A stretch of 63,489 bases of DNA, the filler included, from Neolecta irregularis DAH-3 (lineage: Eukaryota), in assembly GCA_001929475.1 (NCBI GenBank). It is 10 parts of 10 records of this genome, joined end to end, with 100 filler letters (N's around TTAATTAATTAA, not from the genome) between each part and the next. Parts side by side here need not be neighbours in the genome. Positions count along the whole stretch, not along the records: positions 9,506 to 18,453 come from LXFE01000791.1; positions 18,554 to 30,537 come from LXFE01000793.1; 8 more parts are not named here. One strand, written 5' to 3'. Shown piece by piece: positions 12,152-24,708 of the stretch. Each line of letters begins with the position of its first letter. The stretch's first letter is position 1. A model generated the notes under the pieces. It did not search any database and was not told where the DNA came from. It saw only the letters and a program-made list of their open reading frames with translations. The position numbers and the translations under genes were made by a program.

Positions 12152-12447
12152 TCAGCTCTTTGCTGCCTGCTCCAACATAGTCCGCCGTTGTTCGTCTATC
12201 ACCCGCTTCTTGCAGAAATATTCGACCTGTATGTGGTGAGAGTGAAAATATAAAACAGAAATACCCAGCTCGATTGGCAGTCTTCTTTAAACTTAGTCCA
12301 TAGGGTGCCGCACACTGCCATTGGTGCTGCTAAATCCGTTGCAGGACTGACAATGCCGTTCTTATCGAGACATTCAAAGAACAAATCTCGAGCGTCCCAG
12401 CAGCGTTTCCTCTGGTTCCGCGATGGCGCTTCAGCCGGAGGTGTCAT
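12152..12447 (-). CDS. COA6: Cytochrome c oxidase assembly factor 6 (COX6B-like twin-Cys protein), 2 exons
   Basis: APSRNQRKRCWDARDLFFECLDKNGI...C..L..KFKEDCQSSW|VEYFCKKR. Confidence 0.88.
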
Positions 12448-12761
12448 GCAAAAGTACACAATTGTGCAACAACAGCTGCAATTTTTGATGATGCAAATGC
12501 AACTGTATATCAGACGGAAAAACAACGGCAAGTGAAGCAAGACATGCAAGCCTATGTAAAATCGCATTGGATATCGGTGATTCTGCATCAACCATACCAC
12601 CGAAACCCCGCTACCATCCATTCCATTTAATTCCAACCACTATTCTGTCATCAGCAGCCCTATGAAAAGAATTGTATTTTATGGACATGTCTGGATTTTG
12701 AGTAGTGTTAACCAACAAAAGCTCTGAACCCCGCCCCGACTCTTACTTTCCATATTCCACC

Positions 12762-15615
12762 ATGCAGGCTGCTCGCCAATGCAACAGAACTCTGTCAACG
12801 GTATGTGCGCATTTAAAATTGTCTGTATTTTTGAATGCACCCTGTTGAACTACCGGCTGATCTTGCTGTAGAATATTCGGTCAGTTCGACATGTAAGCCG
12901 CATTCTGAAAGCATCCCGTTTCTAAAGTAATGGCAGATTGTGTCAACCGCCAGCTTTGCTACCGTTAGCAATGATATCGGTCAGCGTATGGTCGCGATGA
13001 GCGCGCTCGAAAAAGTCAGTATAACCAATTAACTCCTTTTGCTCACATAGCAGGACAAGTTTATCAATTATCAGTACAACTCCCTTATTTTCTGATCGTC
13101 CTCATATCTCAGACGTATCCAGGATAATATCGAGATCATCCGGCGTCGACTGAATCGGCCACTTACCTATTCAGAAAAGATTGTCTACGGTCATCTTGAT
13201 AACCCCCAGGAACAAGAAATCATTAGAGGACAATCCTATCTCAAACTCCGCCCCGATCGAGTTGCCTGCCAGGATGCTACTGCGCAAATGGTCATTCTTC
13301 AGTTTATGAGTGCCGGTCTTGCTGAAGTCGCTGTTCCTACCTCGGTACACTGCGACCATCTCATTGAAGCTCAGCTCGGCGGGGAAAAAGATCTTGCCAG
13401 AGCCAATGAAATCAATGCTGAGGTTTTCATTTCTGCGATGAATGGCTAACATCTCCTAGCCATACAAATTCATGGCTACCGCCTGTGCAAAGTACAACAT
13501 TGCACTCTGGAAATCTGGTTCTGGCATTATTCATCAAAACGTACTGGAGAATTATGCATTGTAGACTGAATTCTCGACTCTGCTAACTCCAAGCCCTGGC
13601 GGCATGATGATTGGAACCGACTCTCATACTCCTAACGCTGGTGGCCTTGGCATGATCGCAGTAGGTGTTGGAGGAGCTGATGCTGTCGATGTCATTGCTG
13701 ATATCCCATGGGAGCTGAAATGCCCCAATGTTATCGGTGTCAAGCTGACTGGAAAGCTCTCTGGATGGACCACTGCAAAGGGTATAAAATTTTGATTTAC
13801 CGTACTCATTCACAAGACGTAATCCTGAAACTCGCTGGAATCCTTACCGTCAAGGGTGGTACTGGTTCTATTGTTGAATATTTTGGACCTGGCGTTGAGT
13901 CCATCTCATGCACTGGTATGGGAACCATCTGCAACATGGGTGCCGAAATCGGTGCTACAACTTCGATTTTTCCATTCAACTCGCGCATGTCGGAATACTT
14001 GAAAGCAACCCGACGTGGTGAAATAGCTAAATACGCTGACTCGTTTTCGCACAATCTCGTTGCTGACGAAGGATGTCATTACGATGAAGTGATCGAAATT
14101 GATCTTGATGACCTTGTACCTTATGTAAACGGACCTTTTACTCCAGATTTAGCAACTCCTATCTCCAAGATGAAGGAAGCTGTTGAAAAGAACAACTGGC
14201 CTTCTGAAATTCGAGTCGCTTTGATCGGATCCTGCACAAACTCTTCTTACGAAGATATGTCTCGATCAGCTGGAATCGCCCAGGAAGCTCTTGATCATGG
14301 TTTGAAAGTTAAATCCCAATTTATCATCACACCCGGATCTGAGCAAATTCGAGCAACCATCGCCCGTGATGGACAGCTTTCCACTTTGGAACAAGTTGGT
14401 GGTGGTATATACGCCAACGCTTGTGGACCATGTATTGGACAATGGGACCGACGGGACGTCAAGAAGGGAGAAAAGAACACCATTCTCTCATCCTACAACA
14501 GAAACTTTACCGGAAGGAATGACGGAAATCCTGCGACCCATGCCTTTGTTGCTTCCCCAGACTTGGTAACCGCTATGGCATTTGCCGGAGATCTTCGATT
14601 TAATCCACTAACTGATACTCTTCCTGACAAATATGGCAAGCCTTTCAAGTTCTCTGAACCATCAGGCGCGAGTATCCCTAGCCGAGGTTATGATCTAGGC
14701 CAGAATACTTACGTAAGCTTGAAACATTTTGCCCAGTAACGGATTAGCAAGCACCCCCCAAAGATAGGACCAGCATCGAAATCGAAATCAATCCAGAAAG
14801 CGATCGGTTGCAGAAGCTTGAACCATTTAAACCATGGGATGGTAAAGATTCAAAGGATATGCCGATTCTCATCAAGATCCTTGGTAACGAAGTTATGGGT
14901 ATGCAGACTTACAAGCAGGAAAGTGCACCACCGATCACATTTCTATGGCAGGACCATGGCTTAAATTCCGCGGTCATATCGAAAACATTTCAAACAATTA
15001 TATGATTGGAGCTATTAATGTTGAGAATGGAGAAGCCAACTCCGTCCGCAATGTCCTTACTGGGAAATTTGAAGCCGTACCTGCAGTAGCACGCCAGTAT
15101 AAAGAAAAAGGTTTGTAATTTATGCCGTTTGGGTTGGCCTGAGGTCTAGAAATGCCTTGGGTTGTTATTGGTGGCAGCAATCTGGGAGAAGGTTCTTCTC
15201 GAGAACACGCGGCTATTGAAGGTCGATATCTGGGAGGCTTTGCCATTATCGTCAAATCATTCGCTCGTATTCATGAAACAAATCTTAAGAAACAAGGACT
15301 GTTGCCATTGACATTTAGCAATCCTGCCGACTATGATGCGATCAACCCGACTGATAGGATATCTCTTCTTGGTCTCAAGGATTTTGCCGAAGGCAAACCG
15401 ATCACGATGAAGATCAAGACCGAGGATGGAAAGATCTGGGAAACCGTATTCTTTGAATCGAGGTTCATATGCTAACTATTAGAAATTGAATCACTCCTTC
15501 AATGCCGGACAAATCGCCTGGTTCAAGGCTGGCAGTGCTCTCAACATGGTACCATTCAAGCGAAATTCAACTCATTTTACAGGTTGGTCAAAAGGCGAAA
15601 ACCAAATCATCTTGA
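12762..15615 (+). CDS. ACO1: Mitochondrial aconitate hydratase, many exons
   Basis: [95 protein letters not shown]. Confidence 0.98.
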
Positions 15616-15821
15616 AGGCAGATAATATTTCTAGATTACGTTTTTCAAACATAAAGTGGGTGTGTGGACGATATTTCCTGGACGTACAGCTTGACCACAT
15701 CTCTTTTCGTAGATTATATTTTGTTCACAATGATATTTTGAAAAAAAGGGTTGCTGGTTGAGATTGAATGAAAAGGTGGAATTCTTTTGGAATTCTGACA
15801 CCTCCCTATACACTTTTCAGA

Positions 15822-16882
15822 ATGGATTACCGCAAACTCAGATCAACCTTTACAACCCATTTGAAATCGCTTGTTTTCAATGTTCCTGCCTGCACAAAGC
15901 TGATCTGTGCAATTATCGTACTCGTCTACTTTATCACGCTTTTCTTTATCGATATCGCAAAGATGTCGCTTATCCCTTCCGCTATTTTTAATGGCGAATG
16001 TTTATTCAATTACTATGAACCTACTGACCATAAATAGTATACAGAGTGAATACATATCCAATTGCTCAAACATCAATCTCGCATTTGGGATTTAATCTAT
16101 TGGCCCTCGTCCCTCTATTATCAAGGTTCGAGCAGCGATACGGCACTATTACTACTTTTGCACTGTTCACTGGAGCTTTCGAGGTATCTATTGCTTTTCT
16201 AATAGCCGTCCAACTTATATCAGGTCATTCCCGCGATAATCTATTGTCTTGTCGAGTATATCTTTTGGAGACCTAACTCTGCCATCGCAGGAGCCAGGTA
16301 GATAACCAAGCCGTATTGTACTCATTTGCTAGTGGATGGGTATTTATATTACTCACGGTTGAAACAGTTCGTCAGCAAGACGCTCTTTCCCATCTCAAGT
16401 ATGTGTTCTCAGGGGTATGCTCATTAATACTTAGTATTTATGGGTTGCGCATTCCGACGGCGTCTATCCCATTCATTTTGCTCATAATTACCTCAGTCCT
16501 AGTACCGAGTTCGAGTTTTATGGGTCATTTGACAAGTATTGCTGTGGGATTCGCCTGTAATAACTCCATGGTATGCCACTATCTCAATGGCGTCTAGTTG
16601 GATACGGTTATTTGCACTATCTTCGACCCTCGAAGAAGCTAATTGTATGGGTTGAAGCTAAACTCGAGTTTATCCTTTTGAGGATACCAGGTTTTATCAC
16701 GACAACTAAATGCTTAGACTCCCTACCAACAGCAATCGATTTGGAAGGGTATTTCTCCAATGAACTGCTTGAGCTAATATTTCAGCAGGGATTTGACTGG
16801 ACCAGACACGATGGGTTCTCAGAATTCTTCAAATTCTTCATTTCTTGGGCAGGGTCATGTGTTAGGAATTGGCCTGGATTAA
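15822..16882 (+). CDS. RBD2: Rhomboid protease Rbd2-like with C-terminal SHP box, multi-exon
   Basis: HLGFNLLAL..L..RFE..YGT, IAGASGWVF (catalytic Ser), SFMGHL (catalytic His), terminal FLGQGHVLG (SHP box). Confidence 0.85.
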
Positions 16883-16990
16883 ATTTTGCAAATACAATTA
16901 CTGGATTGAACGTAACTTGAGAAAGCTATCATAAAAGATTGGATGATAATGAATCTGTAATATTATGAGATTGCGCAAATTTATTCCAGT

Positions 16991-17833
16991 TCAAAGAATA
17001 CCCCAAGCATCTTCACATGCATGACAAAATTTTGAACAAGCTATACTTGCCGAGAGTGGATATTCGCTGATTCCAATCTTTTCATCCACCCATTGATCGG
17101 CAAAGGTATCCGGTCCATGCGCTATAGCCCCGATAAAAATACAGCAACTCTGACCTGAATCTAGTGTTTTCACATACTCACTCACGCGGATTGTTGGAGC
17201 ATTCATACTCAGCGCTATTCGGTCAAACGGTGTTTTGTCAATAATACGTACTAACTTTGCGGCAATTTGTTGGAAGATGGTCAATGACAGGGTTCTTGAT
17301 AACTTTTAGCAATTTCTCGGATCCATTCACTGATCGTATAGAAAGACGATGTAGCAATTGAACCATCAACCCCGAAAAACGTCTAAATGTACGAGGGATA
17401 CGGACGTGAGGATTGATCTCTATGAGGACATTTTTGCGGGTATGAATGAAAACTTGGAGGCGACCAGCTTTGTTGATCGGCGAATCCAAAAGTGTTAAAA
17501 GGCACTACGCTGTTTAATACGTTTGACATTATAAAAATACCTGGTGTGTTATATCTGGTCGAGCATCTTAGAAATCAGCTTGCTTAAACAGTTAAACGCA
17601 CCGGCAATATCTTTTCCCATTTTCCGAAGGAGGCCTTGATGGTCATCACAATTGAGCAGTTGAAATTTCTGATCCGTTGCCTTGCCGACTTTGATAGTCT
17701 GCAAGCAAGCTTCTGCCAACACTACGATAAGCCTCTGAGTATTTTCTTTCTGTGCAGGAGTTACAGGCGGTCTTGGTTGTTGCGGGACGAGAGATATATT
17801 GACATTTGCATTTGCGATCTGAGGATCTGGCAT
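16991..17833 (-). CDS. EMG1: 18S rRNA pseudouridine N1-methyltransferase Nep1/Emg1, multi-exon
   Basis: [65 protein letters not shown]. Confidence 0.97.
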
Positions 17834-17960
17834 CGTTTGGGGAATAAAAATCTTTAGGAGTAATAATTAAGCCCCCGATGTGAAACCTCCAACCATTTTG
17901 AATACCACCCAGACCCTTATTCAACGAAACTACCTGCTCTTCCAGTCTAAAAAAGAGCCC

Positions 17961-18453
17961 ATGAACCAGGATGATTTCAGGAAAATTATGGCAACCCCGC
18001 GTCAGGGCGAATCGTCTTTATCAACGGCCAAACCCCGTTCGATAAACTTGTCTATCCGCGCGCGCCATCCAATGACACCGTAAAGGCCTAGAAGAGAAGC
18101 TCTAATTGTCCAGAAGGAACATGAAGTCAGATCTACTGTTCAAGAAACCCGCCCCAAAGTCAAAGTCACAAGGAAAGGCTAACACTGAAACGTTTGGATT
18201 ACTTTCCAACTGCAATAATAACATCCATAGAGGCTTCATATCAAGAACAACTCTTGCGATCCCAGAGGGCTTTCGCGATCGTGCCAAAGAAAGAAATGAA
18301 GCAAATTCAGCACAGGAAACATCGAGTTCTACTATAGCCCTTGATCTCGATCTACTCAGACGCACGAAAGCAGGAGAAATTACGACAGAGGAGCCAGCTC
18401 AAGCGGTTGAAAGTGAACCCGTGGTAGAAGAGGACTTGGAGAAGGCATTTCTC
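17961..18453 (+). CDS. RED/IK-like splicing factor, N-terminal part (truncated by linker)
   Basis: MNQDDFRKIMATPR, FRDRAKER, LDLDLLRRTKAGE match the RED N-terminal domain. Confidence 0.7.
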
Positions 18454-18699
18454 NNNNNNNNNNNNNNNNNNNNNNNNNNNNNNNNNNNNNNNNNNNNTTA
18501 ATTAATTAANNNNNNNNNNNNNNNNNNNNNNNNNNNNNNNNNNNNNNNNNNNNCCCCCTTCTTTGGAATCTACTCTATATACAATAGAACATCTTAATAA
18601 TAGACAAGATAATTCAGTTCAACTGATCCGTGTATTTCACAAAAACTAGTATCGGTGAATTCTACTACCGGCATTCCTCTCCGTCACTCTTTCCGTCCC

Positions 18700-19523
18700 A
18701 TGAATATTTTCCGCTTCCTAGGTACTTGTACCTCCTTGCAATTACAACTGATTTATCCATAGGCGATCTTTCTCATTTAGTCAGTATATGGCTTCTGCTT
18801 CACAAAATGACCACGTCAAAGTCCTGTACAGGTATCAGCTTTAAAACACAGGCACTATACGCGTTGGTCTTTGCGACTCGGTACCTTGGTATGTAACCCC
18901 TCCTTATTGGTAAATTGTATTCTGTTTTTCTGATGTGGATAGATTTGTTGTACGGTTCATGGCATTCCATGTACAATGTTGCAATGAAGATCTTCTTTAT
19001 CGGATCGAGTCTGTACATCCTTTATTTAATCAAAGTGCCCTTTAAACCGACGCGGGATCCGGCAATTGATACTTTTAAACTCGAATATTTAGTTGGAGGA
19101 GCTCTTATCATGTCGTTGATCGCAAATTATGAGTATTCCTTTCCCGAGGTATCACATCCCCCTCCCCCCTTTTTCGTATAATCGTTGACGGAAAAGATTT
19201 TGTGGAGTTTCAGTATTTGGTTGGAAGCTGTTGCTATTCTGCCTCAGTTGTTCATTATTCAACGAACGGGTGAAGCTGAGAATATAACCACTCATTACGT
19301 GGCTGCTTTAGGTGCTTATAGAGGTCTTTATATTCCGAATTGGTTGTATCGGTACTTTGCAGAAGGGTTCTTTGATCCTATTGCTGTTATCGCCGGGATC
19401 ATTCAGACAGTAATTTACCTAGACTTTTTCTACATTTACTTTACAAAGTATGCACTCTTGGCGTTTATTGGCTGATTTTTGTTTAGGGTTTTGAAGGGCC
19501 AGAAATTCGAGTTGCCTGTTTAA
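18700..19523 (+). CDS. ERD2: ER lumen protein-retaining (HDEL) receptor, 5 exons
   Basis: [73 protein letters not shown]. Confidence 0.97.
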
Positions 19524-19787
19524 AGATAGTTGTAGGGATATAATTCCTTGGTAGAAAAAGAATGCTTTTAACAATATCAATCTACAAGAAGACACAGAAA
19601 CGAACAAGCGAGTCCACGGAACTAATGGTACAACTGCCCTAAACGCAGGAGCCTTTGAATCTTAGCAAAAGAAAAGAAAGAAACTATAGTAAATCTTTGA
19701 AAATAAATGTCCCCAAAGAATGAAGAGAAAGTATTAAACGGGCTAATAAAGATCCCCGTAAGATCATCATGAGCGCTTCATAACAAT

Positions 19788-21520
19788 CTAAAAATCAGTC
19801 CAGGTAGGTTGAGACGGGTGATCTAGAACCTCCCTAATATCCCATAAATGATCCCGACCCCTCCGTTCACCAGAAACCCAGCCATCTACAACTCGTCTCC
19901 AGATTTCTTCTTCCTCTCTTTGCCGTCGAATAAATTCAGGCCCAACGTCGAATTCCTCACCGACTACAAACTCGAAATTTCCCAAAGATATTTTCATCTC
20001 GTTATTCTCGACGAGATCGTCCATTCCTTCAAATGGATCACTGTCACTGTCTTGGGAGTTATTTTTCAGCCAGCACATGCGCGAGGGATCAAAGACCATA
20101 TTTCCTACTACTTGCACATTTTTAGTTGCGTTGCTGATATTGGAAATTAAAGCGGGTCGGGAAGTCGGTGACGTGGGCGAGAATTTATCGAGAACAGAGT
20201 CGTTGCCTTCCCATTTATACGTCGCGGGATTATATTTCATACGTCCGTGAACTAGGCTTGGTCAGAGACTGTTTTTGTTGGTGTTGTACCCTTTGACAGA
20301 TTTGCAGAGTCTATGTTTTGGAAGAGGGTAGGTAACTTCTTTGGCATCTTTTTTATCGTTTTTGAGGGTTCGCGGGAGCTTGAGAAGCTAGATGAGGATG
20401 GAGACAGGGAATTTCTTTTTGGAAGAAGTCTGTCGGCGACTCTTGAGAAGAGTTTATTGGAGGTTCTCATTTTGGGGGGAGGAGGGGAAGAGGCAGCTTG
20501 AATATCTTTCTCCTTGATTCTGCCAAAACTTGACTTTATTCTTCCTAGACGTGGGCTTTTTGGGGTTACTACTCGATATTTATTTTCGTCGGGGACACAA
20601 GTTGGTAAATCGTCGAATGCATCTAGTTCAGTTCCATTGCCGAAATTGCGAGGTCTGCGCGGTTTTGTAAGCATTCGCACACCTGCAGCTTCCCTTCGGA
20701 GGGAATCTGGGGCAAGGCTGAGTTTAGATTGGGAGCTATGAATTGATCTGGATGACATGGTGCTAGCTCTTTTTGTGCTGATGTGGTGGGATAATGCAGA
20801 TTTTCCGCCTGGGAGAAAAGGACGATTAACTTGGACGGAGGAAGACGAACGACCAGTGTGAGGCGTGACTGAACGAGCTCCAATGCTCCGAGCAGGCGGT
20901 TTCAATACAACGGTTGAGCGTAAAGAAGGCATTGAATTTTTTGGAGCAAGCTGTTTCTCTGCACTCTGTGGACGAATAGATATCAAAGAAGGTTTTTTAG
21001 AGAGATCTTTGTATTCTGCTGGTGGATGATGAAATGAAGGAGGAGTCTTGTGTGCGGATCTCGGAAGGGGAATCCTTGAAGGAGTAGCAGCGTACGGATC
21101 TGTGTTATGGCTGCGTCGTATTGACGTGAGTGTTCGTTTGATGTTTATGTTGATTCGAGCTTTGGCGGATTCGAATTCAAAAACCTTTCCGCCATCGATA
21201 TCGAGGTCTGCAAAGAATTCGTCTAAAGGAGCTTTTTGTGCTTGTGATGATTTGAGGACGAGTTCTGCATGGCGGGTCCAGAGACGATTGCTGAGATCTC
21301 GCGTTTCTTCACCGGGAAACACACTATCGAGATCCTCGTCTTCGCTGTAAGACGCCGGAGGCTGCGGGCTGGATTTTTTATTTTCAAATGGAATACGAAA
21401 ACAATGGTGTTTGGACGAAACCGAGTCTTTGTCGAAATCGCTGTTCAAGTCGAAATCGCCGCAGAATTCCAGATCGCCGCCGTCCCAGCGCTCGATAATT
21501 GCCGGTTCAGACGTGCACAT
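19788..21520 (-). CDS. byr4: SIN/MEN GAP scaffold Byr4/Bfa1
   Basis: IERWD..DLEF at the N-terminus, FGNGTELDAFDDLP, MKYNPATYKWEGND, MVFDPSRMCW, EEFDVGPEFIRRQREEE. Confidence 0.88.
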
Positions 21521-21592
21521 CTGATTAAAGAGCGACAAGGTGCGCGGCGGTGTTGTGGTCGCAGTTTAACCCTGATCGCTCTCCAGTAAATA

Positions 21593-22397
21593 ATGTTTTG
21601 CCTCGTCCCACAAACAAACTCGCCTACTAATCTCGTCTTAAATTCCAGCGAATACAATGGAGTCTTGAGCTTGAAAGTCACAGACGGACGCGGTCTTTAT
21701 TCAGCAGAGCGCAAGTTGGATTTGAAATAAAACTCACCGCAGTCGCAGATTTTGGAGCGTGCAAAACAGAATCCTTTGACTGTTCGACTGAAGAATGGGA
21801 GAGTATTATACGGCAAATGTTGCTGGGTTCAAGTCAAAAGTCGAGTCTGGAGCAAAATTTGTATCTGGACGCCGTTGCAGAAACAGATACTGTTTTGGTA
21901 TAAAGCTCCACTTTGGCTATTCACACATAGCTGCGTATCCGCAAAGAATCCCGTGCGGGAATACTTGCGCGACTCGGAAGTATACATCTACACCGGGACA
22001 GACAGGAATTTGATATCTACAACTGGATGATTCGCCTGCTCGAAACACGATCCAGCTGCGAGGTCGGATTCTTAAATGTTCACTCTGATGAGCAGAATGA
22101 ATTGTATCGAGTGACTTTGGAAAACAGGAATCTACTCAACGACTCTGCAGAACTGACCCAGCACATCAATACAATCACAAAGGCTAAACAAGATTATGAA
22201 ACGGAATTAATTGCAAAGGTTTGGTCTGCATATCTTTTGGCTGACCACAGTTTACCAATCTGCTAAACTCGAAAAAGAAACGGAATCGCCAGTTGAGAAA
22301 AGTTGTAGACTCTATCGAAATGCCTCGCAAACGAATACATTCACCTCCATCTAAATTGACTGCACAGATACAAACAGATACAGACGACGATTTGTGA
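21593..22397 (+). CDS. xrc4: XRCC4/Lif1/Xrc4 NHEJ factor, multi-exon (first intron GC-AG)
   Basis: Manual splice: LKVTDGRGLYSAE, EEWESIIRQMLLG, LRIRKE..GILARLGSIHL..EFDIYNW, coiled coil, ETELIAKFTNLLNSKKKRNRQL (ligase IV-binding F..LLN.KK motif). Confidence 0.8.
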
Positions 22398-22502
22398 TTA
22401 ATATTTATGTATTTTGTGTCTCCAATTAAACTTTTTTGAAATTTTCTCATTCCATGCCCTTTAATCACAATTTGCCCCAACTTCAACTCCTCCATTCACA
22501 AG

Positions 22503-24337
22503 ATGGCTACTACAGAATCAATCGCCTCGCTCGAAGATCGCCTGTTAAACCTTAGAAATAGACTCGGACATTCTCCAGACAGTGGCGGGCGGCCAGGGCA
22601 ATACGAAAGCTTTATTCCCATCGACCATGATCAGACCCACTGGGCAGAGTATCGCCAATTGTACAGCCGAGCTGATTCGTAGCATCAAAACAGACGAACC
22701 TATAGCGAAAAATACAGACGCCAAACCAAATAATTCCAGCCCCGAAATCGCTCGCAAGCGGTATCATATCTGCACTCAGACATTTTTAATCCCAGGCCAA
22801 CCGTCCAAATAGATGACCAGGATGCGAAAAGACGACGGGTATACTATATATTGATTTTTATCTCAAATATTTAGATTGCTGAAATGGTTCCTCCGCTGCT
22901 CAGTCCGAAATTACCGCCAGAGTTCGATCTCGAAAACATTCGCTCGCGGATTCCAAAAATGCTCGATGGGGAATTGCCTGATATTTATGATTCACGTTCA
23001 AACACTGCAACTCCAAAAAAAGCCAAACGCAAATCCCTCGTTGTGAAATTAAAATGCTCACACATTGCTCAAGTGTTGATTCCTCAAGGATCCGTCTCGT
23101 CCCGGCCGGCGAAATCTACAACCGCTCGAGCAAACGGTGTCGCGAAATCCTCACAAAAGGCTTCTTTAACAAAACCGAAAATCAACCGCACAGACGCTGT
23201 GAAAACATCTACTCTTGATCGTCCCCCGCTAAAAAGAGACGATGCTCCTCCATCTCTAAAAACTCCACGTTTGACAAAAAATAATACAACACCGCCAAGT
23301 TCCCAACAAGTCTCATCTGTATCAACACCACAAGGCGCAACAATGTCTCCCGTCCTCTCGAAAAAGGGAAACGTGCCTTTAAAAGATTACAAGAAACAAC
23401 GCCGCATGTCACTTGATGCACAAACCCCCAAAGATCGACCACAACCTCAAACAAAATCAACAAACCACAAATTTGAATCCTCAAGTCAACCGAATCCGCT
23501 CCTAGTGAGAGAAAGCGACGAACACGCTCTCCTCATGTCTGAATCGAAAAAGTAAGAATGGTCGCGGGAAATACTAACCCTAGATATTCCGAACGATCAG
23601 TTAATCTCAAACACCAATGCGAAGCCCAACGCTTATCAAACCCCGATTTAGCAGGTCTCCTTGGTCTCGAAGCTTTATTATACTGGTTATACGCGTTCGA
23701 CTGTGACGATCGCATTCGAAAATTATCCGGGTTGTCACTAAGCGCAACACCATGGCGTTCACTAATAGAATACTCAAAATTCGTAATCTCGCTAAATTCT
23801 GATCAAGCGTTACTAGCCCTGTGGTACAATTCCCCTTCGTTAACAAATTTACCTGATTTTTATAGTCACCAGATTAATCAGATTGTCTATACGAGGCTGC
23901 ATTATATTGGATCCAGGTTACTTCATCGAAACCAGAATTTGTGCACAGAACCGATAAAGTCGACGGAATCAGAAGTTCCTGCGACGCCTGGAAGACACGT
24001 CGAACAAACTAGAACGTTGAAGGACTTTTGGGTTATTTGCGAACAGACTTTGCGAGACCACGATCACATAAAAACGTCTTCACAGTTGGGCGCAAGATTT
24101 AGTATCGACGTCATTCGAAAACGGTTTCCAAAGACTTGGGCTAGAAGAACCGTCGAGATGCTCGAAGATACTCCAAAAAACGCCGAAAGCTTTGCACTGA
24201 CAGAAGATTCATCAGTCTTCATTCTTCCTGTAAAAATTCACAGTTCTGCAAGAGAAACAGCCTGTTTTGTGCACAGCGTCTTGGGGGAATATTCACTTCA
24301 GAAAGGTTTGCAGTACCGGCCTGCAAGACTAGAATGA
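22503..24337 (+). CDS. Ebp1/AFF4-like super elongation complex scaffold (C-terminal AFF homology domain), multi-exon
   Basis: PPLLSPKLP motif, long disordered S/P/K-rich middle, helical C-domain LKHQCE..GLEALLYWLYAF..D...PWRSLIEY. Confidence 0.6.
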
Positions 24338-24708
24338 TTATTCTATTTATATTTATTTATTTGTTGGTACATCCCGGCGGTAATCATTCAAAGAATTCGA
24401 AATTATTTATGTTTCATATATTTTGCAAGCTATAAGAAATGCAGTGAAGGAGTTATAATATACAGAACGAGAAAGAAACGAAAAACATGCTCGATGCTGT
24501 ACCTCCACCATTCCTAAAGGAAGTTATTTTTCTGTTCAAGTACACTTTCGCTAAAATACTGAGAAAAGATCAATACTAATGCCATAAGGGAAAATTTGAA
24601 AAACACAACATTGTTAATAATAGTAATTCATCCAAATGTCACTCCAATGTATAAACGCAAGTAAAAGGGCAAGGCACACGTGCTAAAGAAGATATTTCCC
24701 CTCGGAGA

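Noticed and set aside
12762-15615. Fragmentation of conserved genes into short ORFs, suggesting pseudogenes or a variant genetic code
   Set aside because: The breaks I examined are explained by short GT-AG or GC-AG introns with branch-point-like motifs, and the standard code gives conserved residues
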